A stretch of 33,735 nucleotides of DNA from Oscillibacter sp. (GCA_017447005.1 JAFSOM010000227.1:1-33735), one strand, 5' to 3'. Shown: positions 9,056-19,651, numbered from the stretch's first letter. Translations and numbers: made by a program. The notes: generated from the sequence alone by a model not told the origin.

Positions 9056-9295
9056 TTACCCGGGAATCCCCCTCCGGAAACGTTCGACTATACGCCAAAC
9101 GGAACGTTCCGAGAGTTCGTATTCTTGGCAAAGGTGAACGACAACGTATGTCGTTTTGAGGCCCTCCCGGGTCAATCGGACGAATTCCTCGTATAACTCG
9201 ATGTTCTTATAATCCTCGGCCGAGGCCCCCGCCGACGTCAATTTGTGGAGGACGTCGGCGTTTGCCTTGACGAGGTCGTAAACGGTCGTTTTCAT
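9056..9295 (-). CDS. Small HTH protein, Mor/C-like activator candidate
   Basis: 79 aa; C-terminal LCQEYELSERSVWRIVERF resembles the Mor-family HTH. Confidence 0.55.
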   Translation of the reverse strand: MKTTVYDLVKANADVLHKLTSAGASAEDYKNIELYEEFVRLTREGLKTTYVVVHLCQEYELSERSVWRIVERFRRGIPG

Positions 9296-9307
9296 ACGCG
9301 GTCCGGG

Positions 9308-12202
9308 TTATACGTCCCCGAGGGACTCGACGACGTCCACGCGGGACGACACGCGCCGGATTTCCTCGACGGCGACAACCGGACGGATTCCGGACACGCC
9401 CCGGGCGACGGCCCGGGCGAGCATTTCCTCCCCGGCGATTTGGTTTCCTGTGTTTGCGGCCGCAATCGGAACCCCGCCTCCCAACTGATTGAGGGCCGAG
9501 TATAACGGCGCAAATAAGGATGTCGACAACGCATTGTTGACGGATTCGCCGTTCGACAACCGGGCCGGGACGGAATCGGATGTCCCGGAGCCGGGGCCGG
9601 ATACGTAACCGCCCGTCGAGTACGAACCCGCCGAGGGGATTTTCGCGCCCTTGACGGTCTTAATTGCGGAGGTAATATTCGCGAGGACGGTTGCAACGGT
9701 CGTCGCAATCGCGGCGAGGTTCGCCGGATACGGGACGGACATTGCTTGCGCGGTTCCTGCGGCGATTGCCTTTCCGGTATTGATTGCGATTTCGGCGAGT
9801 GCTAACATTTTGCCGAATTGCGCGAAACCCTCGTCCTCCTCGCCGATTTCCGACATAAGGTCGGACAACGCCCCGGTAACGGTCGCGATTGATTCCATTT
9901 TCGCGGTTTCGATTTCAACCTCGTAATCCGCGAGGGCCTTTTTCGCGTTGACGTATTCCTGTTGCGCGGCTAACATTCGGGCCTTGAACGCGGCGTCGGA
10001 TTCCCCCTCGAGTTGTTGGAGTGTTTCCATTTCCCGTTGTTTCATTTCCACCTCGAGGGCGAGGGTGTTTTCGCCTTGAATTGCAAGTTCCGCAATTCGG
10101 TTCTCGTACTCGAGTTTGAGGGCGTCGGTGGTCTTTTGAATCGCGAGGTTCGTATATTCGGCGTTGAGGTCGGCGGTTTCCTTTGCGTACTTTGCCCGGA
10201 TTAGTTTCTTTTGTTCCTCGGTCACGCCGACGGCGGTTAATTCGGCGTATTCCTGTGTTTGGAGTTGCTCCAACCGGATTTGGTATTCCTCCTCGGTCCC
10301 CTCCTTGACGGCCGCAAGACGGAGGGCGATTTCCTGTTGTACGGTCTTATAACGTCGGTCGGCGGCCTCCCGGTCGAGATTCTCGAGGTTCCGGGCGTGT
10401 TGTTCCTCGGCGAGTTCGATTTGACGCGTAATCGCGGCGCGGGCGGCCGGGGTCAATTTCTTTTCGGTTTCGAGGCGTTTCTTGAGGTCGGCGATTTGCC
10501 GGGAATACCGTTCGTTTTCCTCGGCGAGTTCCCGTTCCCCGGCGTCCCGGATGAGGGCAATTTCGGCGTCGGTCGCGGCGCGGACGGCGTCGAGTTCCGT
10601 TTTGAGGCGTTCCTCCCGGAACTTTCTTGCGGATGTCCCCGCCGTTTTGCGGGCGTCGGCGATTTGCTTGTCCCGGGCGGCCTCTAAATTCGTTTGGAGA
10701 ACGAACATTTCGTTCGCGGTGATAACCCCCTCGGCCCGGAGGAGTTTTAATTGTTTGACCTGTTCGGCGAAATTCGCGTTTGCCTTGATTGTTGCGTATT
10801 CAACCTCGCCGATTGCCTTTTTGAGGATGTCGTCCCGGTACGACGACACGACCTCCCGGAGGTGGTTTGCGGTGTCGTTCAACGCGGATTGGTAATTCTC
10901 CTCGGCGGTCTTTTTCCCCTCGAGGGCGTCCTTGTATTCGTCCTTGTCCTTTTTGTACAGTTTCGCGGCCTCCTCGAAATGTGCGTTTTGCCGGGACGAC
11001 AAATCCCGGAGGAGGATTAACCGTTGATTCGTGATTTCCTCGTCGGACTTGCCGATTGCCTTTAATTTGGTGAGGTGTTCGTCGTACTTTTTCGCGAGTT
11101 TGTCGAGTTCCTCGCCCTCCTTTTTGAAATTCTCCCGGGCCTTTTCCTGTGACTTGCCGAACAGGTTAAACGCCTTGACGAGGCCGTAAACGGCGGACAC
11201 GGCCGCGATAATGAGGGACACAATTAAAACAATCGGGTTCGCCTTTAACGCGGCGTTGAACAACCGGGTTGCAATCGTCGCGGCACTGGTCGCCCCGGCC
11301 TCGCCCGTGAGGGCGGCGGCGTTCATTGCGTTTGCCTTTGCCTGTAATTTCGTCCGGGCCGTGTTGACGGCTTGCATAACGATTGATTGCGATTGCAACA
11401 TATTTTGGACCTTTTGCAAGGCCGTGAGGGTTCCGAGGGTCAACGTTATAACCTTGAATGTGTCGTTTAGGTCCTTATTTTCGATTCCCATTTGTCCGGC
11501 AATAACCGAGTATTGAGCCCACAAACCGAGGAGGTTTTGTGTCGAGAGGACCAACCCGTCCAATCCGGCGGTATCGGACGACGCCGCGCCGATTTGGGCG
11601 TTAACGTCGGCGATTGCGTCTTTCATTTGGGCGGCCTTTGCGGACAACTCTTGAAATTCGGCGGTGTTTTCCTGTCCGGCGAATTTCATTGCGGTTAATT
11701 TCTCGACGAGTTCGCGTAACTGTTGTTTCAACGGTTCGACCGCGCCGGGGTAATTACCCACATTCCGGTAAAACCTTTCGGTTTCCTCCTCGGCCGCCTT
11801 GAGTTCGTTTGTGATTGCGACAATCTCGGCGCGTTTCTTCTCCCCGGCCTCCCCGTTACGTTCCGCCCGGGATAACGCGTCGTATTCCTTTGTTGCGTTT
11901 GACAGTTGCGCCCGGAGGGACCGGAGGGACCCCTCTTGTTCGTTTTCCTGTTTGATGTTATTTTGTATTTCTTTCGACAACTCCCGGATTCCGCGCTTGT
12001 ATTCCTTTTCGGTTTCCTTTAACGCAATGAGTGTCCGGTTGCGTTGTTCGAGGGTGATTTCGCCCTTTTCGTACTGTTCTTGCGCGTCCCGTTCCGCCTC
12101 TTTGACGTCCTCGAGGGCGCGGGTGTATTCCTCGATTCCCCGGACGGCGTCCGAGTAACTCGTTTCGATGTGGACGACCTTTGTTATTGTATCCTGTGGC
12201 AT
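9308..12202 (-). CDS. Tail tape measure protein
   Basis: 964-aa helical, Ala/Glu/Lys-rich protein with a hydrophobic ANPIVLIVSLIIAAV segment and the C-terminal GGYVSGPGSGTSDSVPARLSNGESV motif typical of tape measure proteins. Confidence 0.9.
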   Translation of the reverse strand: MPQDTITKVVHIETSYSDAVRGIEEYTRALEDVKEAERDAQEQYEKGEITLEQRNRTLIALKETEKEYKRGIRELSKEIQNNIKQENEQEGSLRSLRAQLSNATKEYDALSRAERNGEAGEKKRAEIVAITNELKAAEEETERFYRNVGNYPGAVEPLKQQLRELVEKLTAMKFAGQENTAEFQELSAKAAQMKDAIADVNAQIGAASSDTAGLDGLVLSTQNLLGLWAQYSVIAGQMGIENKDLNDTFKVITLTLGTLTALQKVQNMLQSQSIVMQAVNTARTKLQAKANAMNAAALTGEAGATSAATIATRLFNAALKANPIVLIVSLIIAAVSAVYGLVKAFNLFGKSQEKARENFKKEGEELDKLAKKYDEHLTKLKAIGKSDEEITNQRLILLRDLSSRQNAHFEEAAKLYKKDKDEYKDALEGKKTAEENYQSALNDTANHLREVVSSYRDDILKKAIGEVEYATIKANANFAEQVKQLKLLRAEGVITANEMFVLQTNLEAARDKQIADARKTAGTSARKFREERLKTELDAVRAATDAEIALIRDAGERELAEENERYSRQIADLKKRLETEKKLTPAARAAITRQIELAEEQHARNLENLDREAADRRYKTVQQEIALRLAAVKEGTEEEYQIRLEQLQTQEYAELTAVGVTEEQKKLIRAKYAKETADLNAEYTNLAIQKTTDALKLEYENRIAELAIQGENTLALEVEMKQREMETLQQLEGESDAAFKARMLAAQQEYVNAKKALADYEVEIETAKMESIATVTGALSDLMSEIGEEDEGFAQFGKMLALAEIAINTGKAIAAGTAQAMSVPYPANLAAIATTVATVLANITSAIKTVKGAKIPSAGSYSTGGYVSGPGSGTSDSVPARLSNGESVNNALSTSLFAPLYSALNQLGGGVPIAAANTGNQIAGEEMLARAVARGVSGIRPVVAVEEIRRVSSRVDVVESLGDV

Positions 12203-12216
12203 AATGTAGAATGTTT

Positions 12217-14859
12217 TTAATATTCGATGAGTGTAAAACCGAAATCGTCAACGATTCGCGCAATTCCCGGTTGTGCATAATACGCCTCGCGGGACCCGGC
12301 GGGAACATACACGCGTTTTGTCGTCGACATATCCGACCCGGCGGAATGGAACGCGGAATAAACAATCGTCGGGGGTGTCGAACCGTAAAACCGGATTGTT
12401 GTTAACTTGTAACAATGTCCGAACGCGACGTCGTCGATGAATTCGACCGACTCGGGGAAATTCACAATCCGGATGTTGTAACAATACTCGAAAGATTGCC
12501 ACGCAAATTCGCGGATTCCCTCCGGGAAAAAGAATTGATATATTTTCGACGCGTAATAAAACGCCTTGCGTTTGATAACCCGGACGTTTTCCGGGAAATG
12601 CAGATACCAAATGTTGTCGAGGGAATACACGCCCTCCGAAACCTCGGTATTTACAACCGGGACCTCGTCCGAAATGAACGTACACGCGGACAAATCCAAT
12701 CGACGGGCGACCCCGGAGGACGCCGCCGCAACCGCAATATTTGATATATCCTCGGCGGTGAGGTTGCGCCCGGGCGTCGTCTTGACGACGAGGCGTCCCT
12801 CCCACCTCGTCGGACAAACCGACGTCCACGTTTCGCCGGAGTTTTGCGAGAACAGTAACGCCAAAACCTCCGGGGCCGTTTCGGGTAACTGTAACAATTC
12901 GACGGTGCAAATATCCGATTCGGTTTGGACGGATACAATCCCGTAATAACGGCCGTATTGCTTGAGGTATACGGGTTTCGTATAGTCGAGGCCGAGGATG
13001 TCGTATTCGGTCAACCGGAATTTTTCCTTAATAACGACCGCCGAATTGAGAATCGCGCCGAGTTGCTGATAATACCGCGCAATCATATTCGCAAAGGAAA
13101 TCGGGATAAAACGGGCGTACGCCTCGTTTCCGTTCGCACCCCCGCCGCGCATACATACGAGGCGCGGGGTCAACGCGACGTCTTGCGGGTTTCCGTCGTC
13201 GTTCAATTCATAATGAGGGATTCGGGCGAGGGTCGTAGCGACGCCGCCGAACGTCGTTGCCTTTTCGTCGGTCGCGGCGAACGGAATTGAAATCGCGTCC
13301 TTTTCGGGTTCGAGGGCCTCGTTATTAACCTCGAGGGCGGCCGTTCCGGACGTTTCGACCGTGTCATCGTCTTTATACTTAAACCAATTCCGACGGGCAA
13401 ATTCGCCGTATGAGTATTTGATTTCGCGGGGGTCGCCGTCGGCGCGGTCCCGGATGAGTTTTCCGGACCAATCCGCCGCGTTCGCTTTGTTGCCGACGAG
13501 GAGGTCGATTGACGCGAATTTGATTGTATCCTCGGACCCGGACGGGACGACGAACAGGCCGAACAACCCGCAAATCGCCTTGACAAAATCGAGTTGTGTT
13601 ATGTCCGGGAAATTCCCCTTTGCCTTGAAATATTCGCCGAGGGCGATATTGGATTCAGCCGCCGGGGGCGAGAACGACAACGACGCGCCCGTTATACCGT
13701 TGAATCGGTATCCGTCGCTCATATAGAACCCGACAAATATTTCGTCGTCCTCGATTACGTCGAATTCCGGGGTAAACGCGAATTGTTGCGAGAAATAGTA
13801 ACGACCGCCGGATTTACCCAACGATTCGGATTTAGTCGGGCGTGTATCCCACACCAAATCGAACCCTCCGGACGATGTCGAACGGATAACCATTTTCGTA
13901 TTGGGGACGTACCCGGAGTTTTTACACGACGTATTAACAATGAATATTAACGACATTCTCGCCCGGCCGGGATACTTGTTTTTAATAACCGTACATTGCG
14001 CCGTTTCGCCCCAAATATTGAATTTCATTCGTTTATCCTCGGTTTCATAATATGTCGATGTCGGGAGGGTAAACGTTACGCCGATATTGTAATAACACCA
14101 ACCTTGCGACGTGTGCGATTCAATCGCGGACGCGTTACGCGCCTCCGAGGAGGATGTTTTCCGGGTCGTAAGGGGGACGGCAACCGAACGGAACAACCCT
14201 CGGTTACTGTAACCCGGTCGAGTCATATACCCGGAGGGGAAATTGAACGTTATTCCGGAGTCCTGTTGTATTTGTTGGAGAATCATTCGCACCGACACGA
14301 ATTTATGTAACCAAATTTGGGACTTGATATTCGCCGGGATTGTATCGGTCGAACCGAGGCCGCAATCATAATCCGCGTTAATGAAATACGAGTCGTCGAT
14401 ATATACGTCCGGGTCGCCCTCGTCGGCGTCGACGCAATACGTTTTCGACATTGTGTTACTCCAAACTTGAGTGAGGGAATCGAACGACAAATCATTCAGT
14501 TTCGCGCCGGATTCCGTCCATTTTTGAAGACGCGTCATTTCGCCCCAATACAACGCGATTTCAAAGGACTCCGACGCGGATAACATAACCGCGTACGCCC
14601 CGGAAATGATTTTCACGCCGTTTCGGGAGTATTCCGCCGTGTGTCGCTGATACGGGAACGTTGAATTCCTCGCGGGCGACGTCGCGTGGTCGAAAACGGA
14701 ACGGTTGCGTAACGTCTTGGGGAGGTTGATTGTTTGCGAGTTAGACGCGGTAATCTTGGAAATATCGTTTAGGAGGTTGGATTTGAAATTCAACGTTATT
14801 CGGGTGTCCGGCGACATATCGACCCGGACCCCGTCGATGAGTAATTCCTCGGTTTTCAT
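12217..14859 (-). CDS. Tail tip/hub-like protein with C-terminal BspA-type leucine-rich repeats
   Basis: 880 aa; C-terminal repeats FPENVRVIKRKAF / FPEGIREFAWQSF / FPESVEFIDDVAF.C..L..I.F..TPP...VYVPAGS.EAY match the BspA/LRR_5 pattern; structural role inferred from position. Confidence 0.65.
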   Translation of the reverse strand: MKTEELLIDGVRVDMSPDTRITLNFKSNLLNDISKITASNSQTINLPKTLRNRSVFDHATSPARNSTFPYQRHTAEYSRNGVKIISGAYAVMLSASESFEIALYWGEMTRLQKWTESGAKLNDLSFDSLTQVWSNTMSKTYCVDADEGDPDVYIDDSYFINADYDCGLGSTDTIPANIKSQIWLHKFVSVRMILQQIQQDSGITFNFPSGYMTRPGYSNRGLFRSVAVPLTTRKTSSSEARNASAIESHTSQGWCYYNIGVTFTLPTSTYYETEDKRMKFNIWGETAQCTVIKNKYPGRARMSLIFIVNTSCKNSGYVPNTKMVIRSTSSGGFDLVWDTRPTKSESLGKSGGRYYFSQQFAFTPEFDVIEDDEIFVGFYMSDGYRFNGITGASLSFSPPAAESNIALGEYFKAKGNFPDITQLDFVKAICGLFGLFVVPSGSEDTIKFASIDLLVGNKANAADWSGKLIRDRADGDPREIKYSYGEFARRNWFKYKDDDTVETSGTAALEVNNEALEPEKDAISIPFAATDEKATTFGGVATTLARIPHYELNDDGNPQDVALTPRLVCMRGGGANGNEAYARFIPISFANMIARYYQQLGAILNSAVVIKEKFRLTEYDILGLDYTKPVYLKQYGRYYGIVSVQTESDICTVELLQLPETAPEVLALLFSQNSGETWTSVCPTRWEGRLVVKTTPGRNLTAEDISNIAVAAASSGVARRLDLSACTFISDEVPVVNTEVSEGVYSLDNIWYLHFPENVRVIKRKAFYYASKIYQFFFPEGIREFAWQSFEYCYNIRIVNFPESVEFIDDVAFGHCYKLTTIRFYGSTPPTIVYSAFHSAGSDMSTTKRVYVPAGSREAYYAQPGIARIVDDFGFTLIEY

Positions 14860-14860
14860 A

Positions 14861-16009
14861 TTACAACGATTGTGTCAATTGTGAGGGTTCAACGATTGCG
14901 ACGCGGAATTCCTGTAACGATTTCGTCGATTTGGCGACAGTCGCCGGGTTTACGTTTACCCTGTGCCATTGCGGGACGTCGTCCTCGTTGTATCCGTCGA
15001 ACATATCCACGTACGGGGACGAAACAAGGGTTAATAGGAAATCAAACGTTTCACGGTCAACTGATTTCGCGCCGAGGGTCCGGGATTTCGCCCGGGAGAA
15101 CGATTGCCGGACGTCGGTTCCGTCGTTCGCGCCGTCGTTATACAACAGGGGGTTTCGGATGTCGGCGTCGATAAACGAGGAGCCGGACACGGCGTCGGAG
15201 GTGCCGAGGTCCTTAAACAACCAATAACAAAACCGCCCTTGATTGTCAATCCAACGCAAATAAACGCGTTTCTCGGCGTCTTTCGGCGTCCGGTCAATGT
15301 CGAGGTCATACGCAACGATTCCGGCCGATTCAACGTCGTTTTTCGACACATACCCGAACGGTTGGACGAGTCGGAGGCGACGTTCGACGCCAAAAGGGTC
15401 GACGAGGTCGGCGACATTGAGGAGGACGCGGGAAAATCCGGAGGCGGTGTCCGGGGTGTCGGTTTCATTGTTGGGGAACGATACGCCGGGACGATTGACG
15501 CCGTCGGCGATAACGTCGAGAGTGTCGCCGCCTTTCATATACCAATCGAGGGTAAACGGATAATTGACGAACCAACGGCGGCGGATGTTCCCTCCGGTCG
15601 ATTCCCCGCGTTCGATGTTCCCGAACACGGCGTCGATGTCAAACTCGGCGACGACAACCGTTTCGTTGTTGTCGTTCGTGTACGATACGGTGCCGGAAAT
15701 CTTGCGGAAATTCGGATTGTCGGTCCACATTCCGCCGTTGTAATTGACCGTATCGAGAACAACGCCCTCAAACGCGGTTTGCAAGAATCGCCGAATATCG
15801 AACACAACGTCGAGGTTGAACAGGGCGCGAAACTCGGTATAAACGCGGCCGTCCGGGTCCGCGAGTTGGATTGTGATTGTTTCGGGGATGTATTCCGTTT
15901 CGTCGTCCTGTTCCCACCATACGCGGACGATTGCGGGAACGTTGGAAAAATGAACGGTGTTCGGGAATCGGCAACGCCTCCAACCCGAAAGGGCGTTAAT
16001 TTGTCGCAT
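14861..16009 (-). CDS. Putative tail structural protein (distal-tail-like)
   Basis: 382-aa beta-rich ORF (YLRWIDNQGRFCYWLF) abutting the tail tip gene. Confidence 0.5.
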   Translation of the reverse strand: MRQINALSGWRRCRFPNTVHFSNVPAIVRVWWEQDDETEYIPETITIQLADPDGRVYTEFRALFNLDVVFDIRRFLQTAFEGVVLDTVNYNGGMWTDNPNFRKISGTVSYTNDNNETVVVAEFDIDAVFGNIERGESTGGNIRRRWFVNYPFTLDWYMKGGDTLDVIADGVNRPGVSFPNNETDTPDTASGFSRVLLNVADLVDPFGVERRLRLVQPFGYVSKNDVESAGIVAYDLDIDRTPKDAEKRVYLRWIDNQGRFCYWLFKDLGTSDAVSGSSFIDADIRNPLLYNDGANDGTDVRQSFSRAKSRTLGAKSVDRETFDFLLTLVSSPYVDMFDGYNEDDVPQWHRVNVNPATVAKSTKSLQEFRVAIVEPSQLTQSL

Positions 16010-16022
16010 AATCTATTGTGTT

Positions 16023-16538
16023 TTAATTGTTAATTGTTCGGAGTATTGATTCGGTCAATTGGACGTCGAACAGTCCCGCGAGGCGGCGGGAAATGTTCTC
16101 AACGGCCGTCGGGATTTCGTTTGAGAATATGTCGTCGCGGCCGCCGCCCCGGAACAGGGCGGAACCGGACGTCATAATCTTTGTTGCAACCCCCCACGGG
16201 GAGTCGAGGGCGACGCCCTTAACCGAGGCCCAATCGCGGACGATGTCGATAAACCATTTCGGCGCGGACGGATACTCGGTCCCGTCCTTGCGTAACCGGG
16301 TATGAATAACCGACCACGGCCGGGAACCTGTTTCGAGTCCGGCGAAATACGCCCTCCCGTCGAGTTCTCCGGAGGCCCCGTCGGGGTTTTCCTCGACGAG
16401 GACCCGCAACGATTCCGCCGTCGCCCCGGTCGCGCGTTGTCCGGCGGCGAGGTGGTTTGCGATAATCCGTTCCTTGAGGCGTTCGAGTTCGTCGGCGAGG
16501 ATTGCCGGGGCGTCGGCGCGTATTGTGTTGACGTCCAT
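16023..16538 (-). CDS. Putative neck/tail-completion protein
   Basis: 171 aa; ATGATAESL and YFAGLETG motifs resemble HK97 gp10-like proteins. Confidence 0.45.
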   Translation of the reverse strand: MDVNTIRADAPAILADELERLKERIIANHLAAGQRATGATAESLRVLVEENPDGASGELDGRAYFAGLETGSRPWSVIHTRLRKDGTEYPSAPKWFIDIVRDWASVKGVALDSPWGVATKIMTSGSALFRGGGRDDIFSNEIPTAVENISRRLAGLFDVQLTESILRTINN

Positions 16539-16549
16539 TGTTGCCGGGG

Positions 16550-17029
16550 TTAATAGTCAATACAGGTTCCCGGGGTTTCGACGACCTCGGGGGTTATCGT
16601 GAAAATACAAAGGTTCGCGTCCAATCGGTCGAACGATATTTGATAAGGGACGCGGCCCTCGATTTGCTCGAAATACCCGGAACGGTTCATTCTTTCGACG
16701 AAATCGGCCGCAATCCCTTTCAGTCGTTCCGCGATTGTTTGTGCCTGTTCTCCGGTAAAATCGAGGGGCATTTCGTCGGCGAACGCGAGGAGGGTTTGCG
16801 GGGAATCCTTGAGGTATCCCGTCGGGGTGAAATTCAGTCCTCCGGAAATCGGTTGAACGTACAACAACGCCGGGAGGGTTTCCCCGTCGTCGGTCTTGAC
16901 GGTCCCGTCCTGTTGGCGGTGGAATTTGTCAAACCGGAGGTTCGCCCGGGGCCACGTTTCACACATATACGTTAAACCCGCCTCCCGTGCGATTTGCGCG
17001 ATTCTTTGTTCAATTGTGGAGTGTTCCAT
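16550..17029 (-). CDS. Hypothetical structural protein (possible tail terminator)
   Basis: 159-aa ORF in a tightly packed operon; function from context only. Confidence 0.45.
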   Translation of the reverse strand: MEHSTIEQRIAQIAREAGLTYMCETWPRANLRFDKFHRQQDGTVKTDDGETLPALLYVQPISGGLNFTPTGYLKDSPQTLLAFADEMPLDFTGEQAQTIAERLKGIAADFVERMNRSGYFEQIEGRVPYQISFDRLDANLCIFTITPEVVETPGTCIDY

Positions 17030-17035
17030 TGTCTT

Positions 17036-17611
17036 TTATTTTTTCGGTTTGTATTTGGCGTTTATTACGTCCCGGAGGCGGCGTTCGTACGCGTCGCGTT
17101 CGGCGTCCATTTTCATACATTGATAAACCCGCAACCACGGGACCGACAACACGTCGTCGTGATTGGTGATTCCCATTCGCCGGGCGTACCAATCGACGAG
17201 GCCGAACGGCCCGAAATCGAGGTCGTTTACCCCGGCGGCGACTTCGTCCTCGTCCGGGGTGTGTTCAATCCGTTTGAATAGGTCCCCGATACGTTCGAGT
17301 TCCCGCGTAACGAACGCGACGAACCCGAACACCCGGTCGCACCGTTCCCGGAGAATCCGGCGTTTATTCCGTCGGGACTTGAGGATTACCCGGGCGAGGG
17401 TGACGATTGAGTCCCCGTTGTTCATTCCGTCGATTTCCTGTAACGACAACAGTTCCCCGAACGTGAGGCCGTCGAGGGATTCCGGGACCGGACAACCGAA
17501 CAGGCGGCCCGGCCGGGGGCGACTGTTCAACCATTGCCGGGAATCCGGCGTCAACGCCTTTTCGATTCGGAGGATGTGTTCCGTCGTCGGTATGTGGTTT
17601 CGTCGTATCAT
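17036..17611 (-). CDS. Hypothetical protein (possible tail assembly chaperone)
   Basis: 191-aa helical ORF directly after the large terminase; function inferred only. Confidence 0.45.
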   Translation of the reverse strand: MIRRNHIPTTEHILRIEKALTPDSRQWLNSRPRPGRLFGCPVPESLDGLTFGELLSLQEIDGMNNGDSIVTLARVILKSRRNKRRILRERCDRVFGFVAFVTRELERIGDLFKRIEHTPDEDEVAAGVNDLDFGPFGLVDWYARRMGITNHDDVLSVPWLRVYQCMKMDAERDAYERRLRDVINAKYKPKK

Positions 17612-17615
17612 ATCG

Positions 17616-18950
17616 TTAATTGAGTTTGGAAACGTGGACCCGCGCCCCTCGGACTTGCGGCCGAACGTAATATATCATTCCCATATTGAGTCCGTCGAAA
17701 TAGTCCGGAGAACGGCCGAGGATGCGTTTTTGTTCCGCCTTTTCGATGAGGCGTTTTTTCGAGGTGTCGGCGTCGATGTCGTGGGCGACTAAACACGCCT
17801 CGACCTCCTCGGCGATTCGGTCCCGTTCCTCCGGGTCGTCGCAATCAATGTGTATTTGTCGGTTGTTTATGAGTTCCGCAAGTTTGAACGCGCACTCCGA
17901 TTTGAGGTTGTAATATACTTTCGGATTGAACGCCCGTTCGCCGCCGTGAAACTCGGTAATTCCTGTTAGGTACGACGAAAGGTAATCCCCGAGGCCGTCG
18001 GAGTCCGCGACGATTTGCGAACGGCCGACGCCGTATTCCCTCGCAAGGGTCCCGAGGGATTCCTCGATTTGCTTTGAATTCGCTTTGTCGAGTTTGATTC
18101 CCACGCGGACGACAAGACCGTTCCATTTCCACGCAATAAAGCGGTCCCGGCCGCGTGTCGCAAGGTCGGCCGAGAGGCGGCGTAACCCGGACGGTTTGAC
18201 CGGGTTTGTGAACATATCGAGGATTGCGTCGTAATCGACGAGGGAGTTAACGTTCCCCTCGTATTCCCACCAACCGGACAACAGGCGGAGCCGGGTTTGA
18301 CGGTTTTTGATTGACTCGAGGGTGTGGATGTAATCCGCCGACACAAACGGGTTGTCATATACGAGGGCCTGTACGAACGCGCAATCCTTGTCGAGGGTCC
18401 CGGCTTTGAACGGCTTGTAAAATTGCGTATAAAGCCAATTCTTTTTGGGGTTACAGGTGATTAACATTTTCGGCTCGAGGCCGTATTCGGTGTTGAGGTG
18501 TCGCCCGATTCGGGATTTCAACACCTCGAACGCAAGGTAATGAACCTCGCCGCCCTCCTCAATCCAACCTCCCGTGAATTCCTTTGACCCGAGGCGTTCA
18601 AACATTGGGTCCTTTTTCGGGTAAAACGTGAGGTCGATGAGGATTATTTCCGAACCGTTTTTGAACTTGATTCCGTCGTCGTTGAGGCGGTAATCCGTAA
18701 ACGCGTATGAATCCGCAACCTTTTTGAACGTGACGAGGACGGACTCGCGGGAGTCCTTGATATTGTTTCGGCCGACAAACCAACGTGTCCGGGGAAACGC
18801 CCAACAACACCGGAGTAACCAATCGCACCCCAACCACGATTTACCGCCTCCGGCCGCGCCGCCGTACGCAACGAACCGGATTGCGGGGTCGTTGAGGTAA
18901 TGGAACGCGAGGAGTTGTTTTGCGTTGTATTTCGGGGTTGCGGTTTCCAT
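17616..18950 (-). CDS. terL: Terminase large subunit
   Basis: Walker A GGAAGGGKS, Walker B GGWIEE, coupling motif TCNP, nuclease acidic motifs SADLA and SPDYFD. Confidence 0.92.
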   Translation of the reverse strand: METATPKYNAKQLLAFHYLNDPAIRFVAYGGAAGGGKSWLGCDWLLRCCWAFPRTRWFVGRNNIKDSRESVLVTFKKVADSYAFTDYRLNDDGIKFKNGSEIILIDLTFYPKKDPMFERLGSKEFTGGWIEEGGEVHYLAFEVLKSRIGRHLNTEYGLEPKMLITCNPKKNWLYTQFYKPFKAGTLDKDCAFVQALVYDNPFVSADYIHTLESIKNRQTRLRLLSGWWEYEGNVNSLVDYDAILDMFTNPVKPSGLRRLSADLATRGRDRFIAWKWNGLVVRVGIKLDKANSKQIEESLGTLAREYGVGRSQIVADSDGLGDYLSSYLTGITEFHGGERAFNPKVYYNLKSECAFKLAELINNRQIHIDCDDPEERDRIAEEVEACLVAHDIDADTSKKRLIEKAEQKRILGRSPDYFDGLNMGMIYYVRPQVRGARVHVSKLN

Positions 18951-18967
18951 TGGCCGGGCCTGTTGTG

Positions 18968-19624
18968 TTATTCGCCGTTTTCCTCTCGTTCGCGCCGTTC
19001 ACGTTCCGCGTCGATACGGGCGCAATATTCAACGATACCGGGAACGTCCGGAACGACGGACGAGAACCCGGTAAATACTTTCCCTCCGGAGGTAATGTCG
19101 ACCTTTGCGGTTTGCAATCCGAGGAGTTTGTCGCGGCGTTCCTCCCACGCCCGAATTTCCGCAAGGATGCGGACGTCGCCGATTTGGTTGTCCTCGACCG
19201 TCCCGGATTCCGAGGTCGTTTCGACCGGGGTAATCGGTTTGCCGAGTTTCGGGACGCCGAAATCGTTTATTTCGGTGTGGGTCTTGTGGACTTTCTTTGT
19301 CTTGCGGACTTTCTTTTTCTTGGATTCCTCGTATAACGCCCACAGTTCCGCGAGGACGTGTTCACATTCCGCGACGGCCTCGTCGATTGCCTCCTTTGTG
19401 GAACGCGCCGACTCGTCGGCCCAACGTTTGCGGCAAAGGTCCCAATCGCTTTTGATTGTCGCGACTGTTACCTTTTGCCCGGTTTCCTTTTCGACGAGGG
19501 GGATTATTTGCCGGAAAGACAGGCGGCGCAACTTGTATTTCGACACGACCGGGAGCCGCTCCTCCCGGAGGAAGAGGGCGGACTTGTTCCGTTTCGCTTT
19601 CGATGTGTTTTTTTGGGGGTCCAT
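18968..19624 (-). CDS. Probable terminase small subunit
   Basis: 218-aa basic helical protein immediately upstream of terL; KLLGL..AKVDITSGG tail typical of TerS. Confidence 0.6.
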   Translation of the reverse strand: MDPQKNTSKAKRNKSALFLREERLPVVSKYKLRRLSFRQIIPLVEKETGQKVTVATIKSDWDLCRKRWADESARSTKEAIDEAVAECEHVLAELWALYEESKKKKVRKTKKVHKTHTEINDFGVPKLGKPITPVETTSESGTVEDNQIGDVRILAEIRAWEERRDKLLGLQTAKVDITSGGKVFTGFSSVVPDVPGIVEYCARIDAERERREREENGE

Positions 19625-19651
19625 TGTTCAACCGTGTTTGGTGTTCAACCG

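Noticed and set aside
12203-12216. Tail assembly chaperone with programmed frameshift before the tape measure gene
   Set aside because: The TMP is directly preceded by the 880-aa tail gene; no G/GT-like ORF pair or convincing slippery site was seen.
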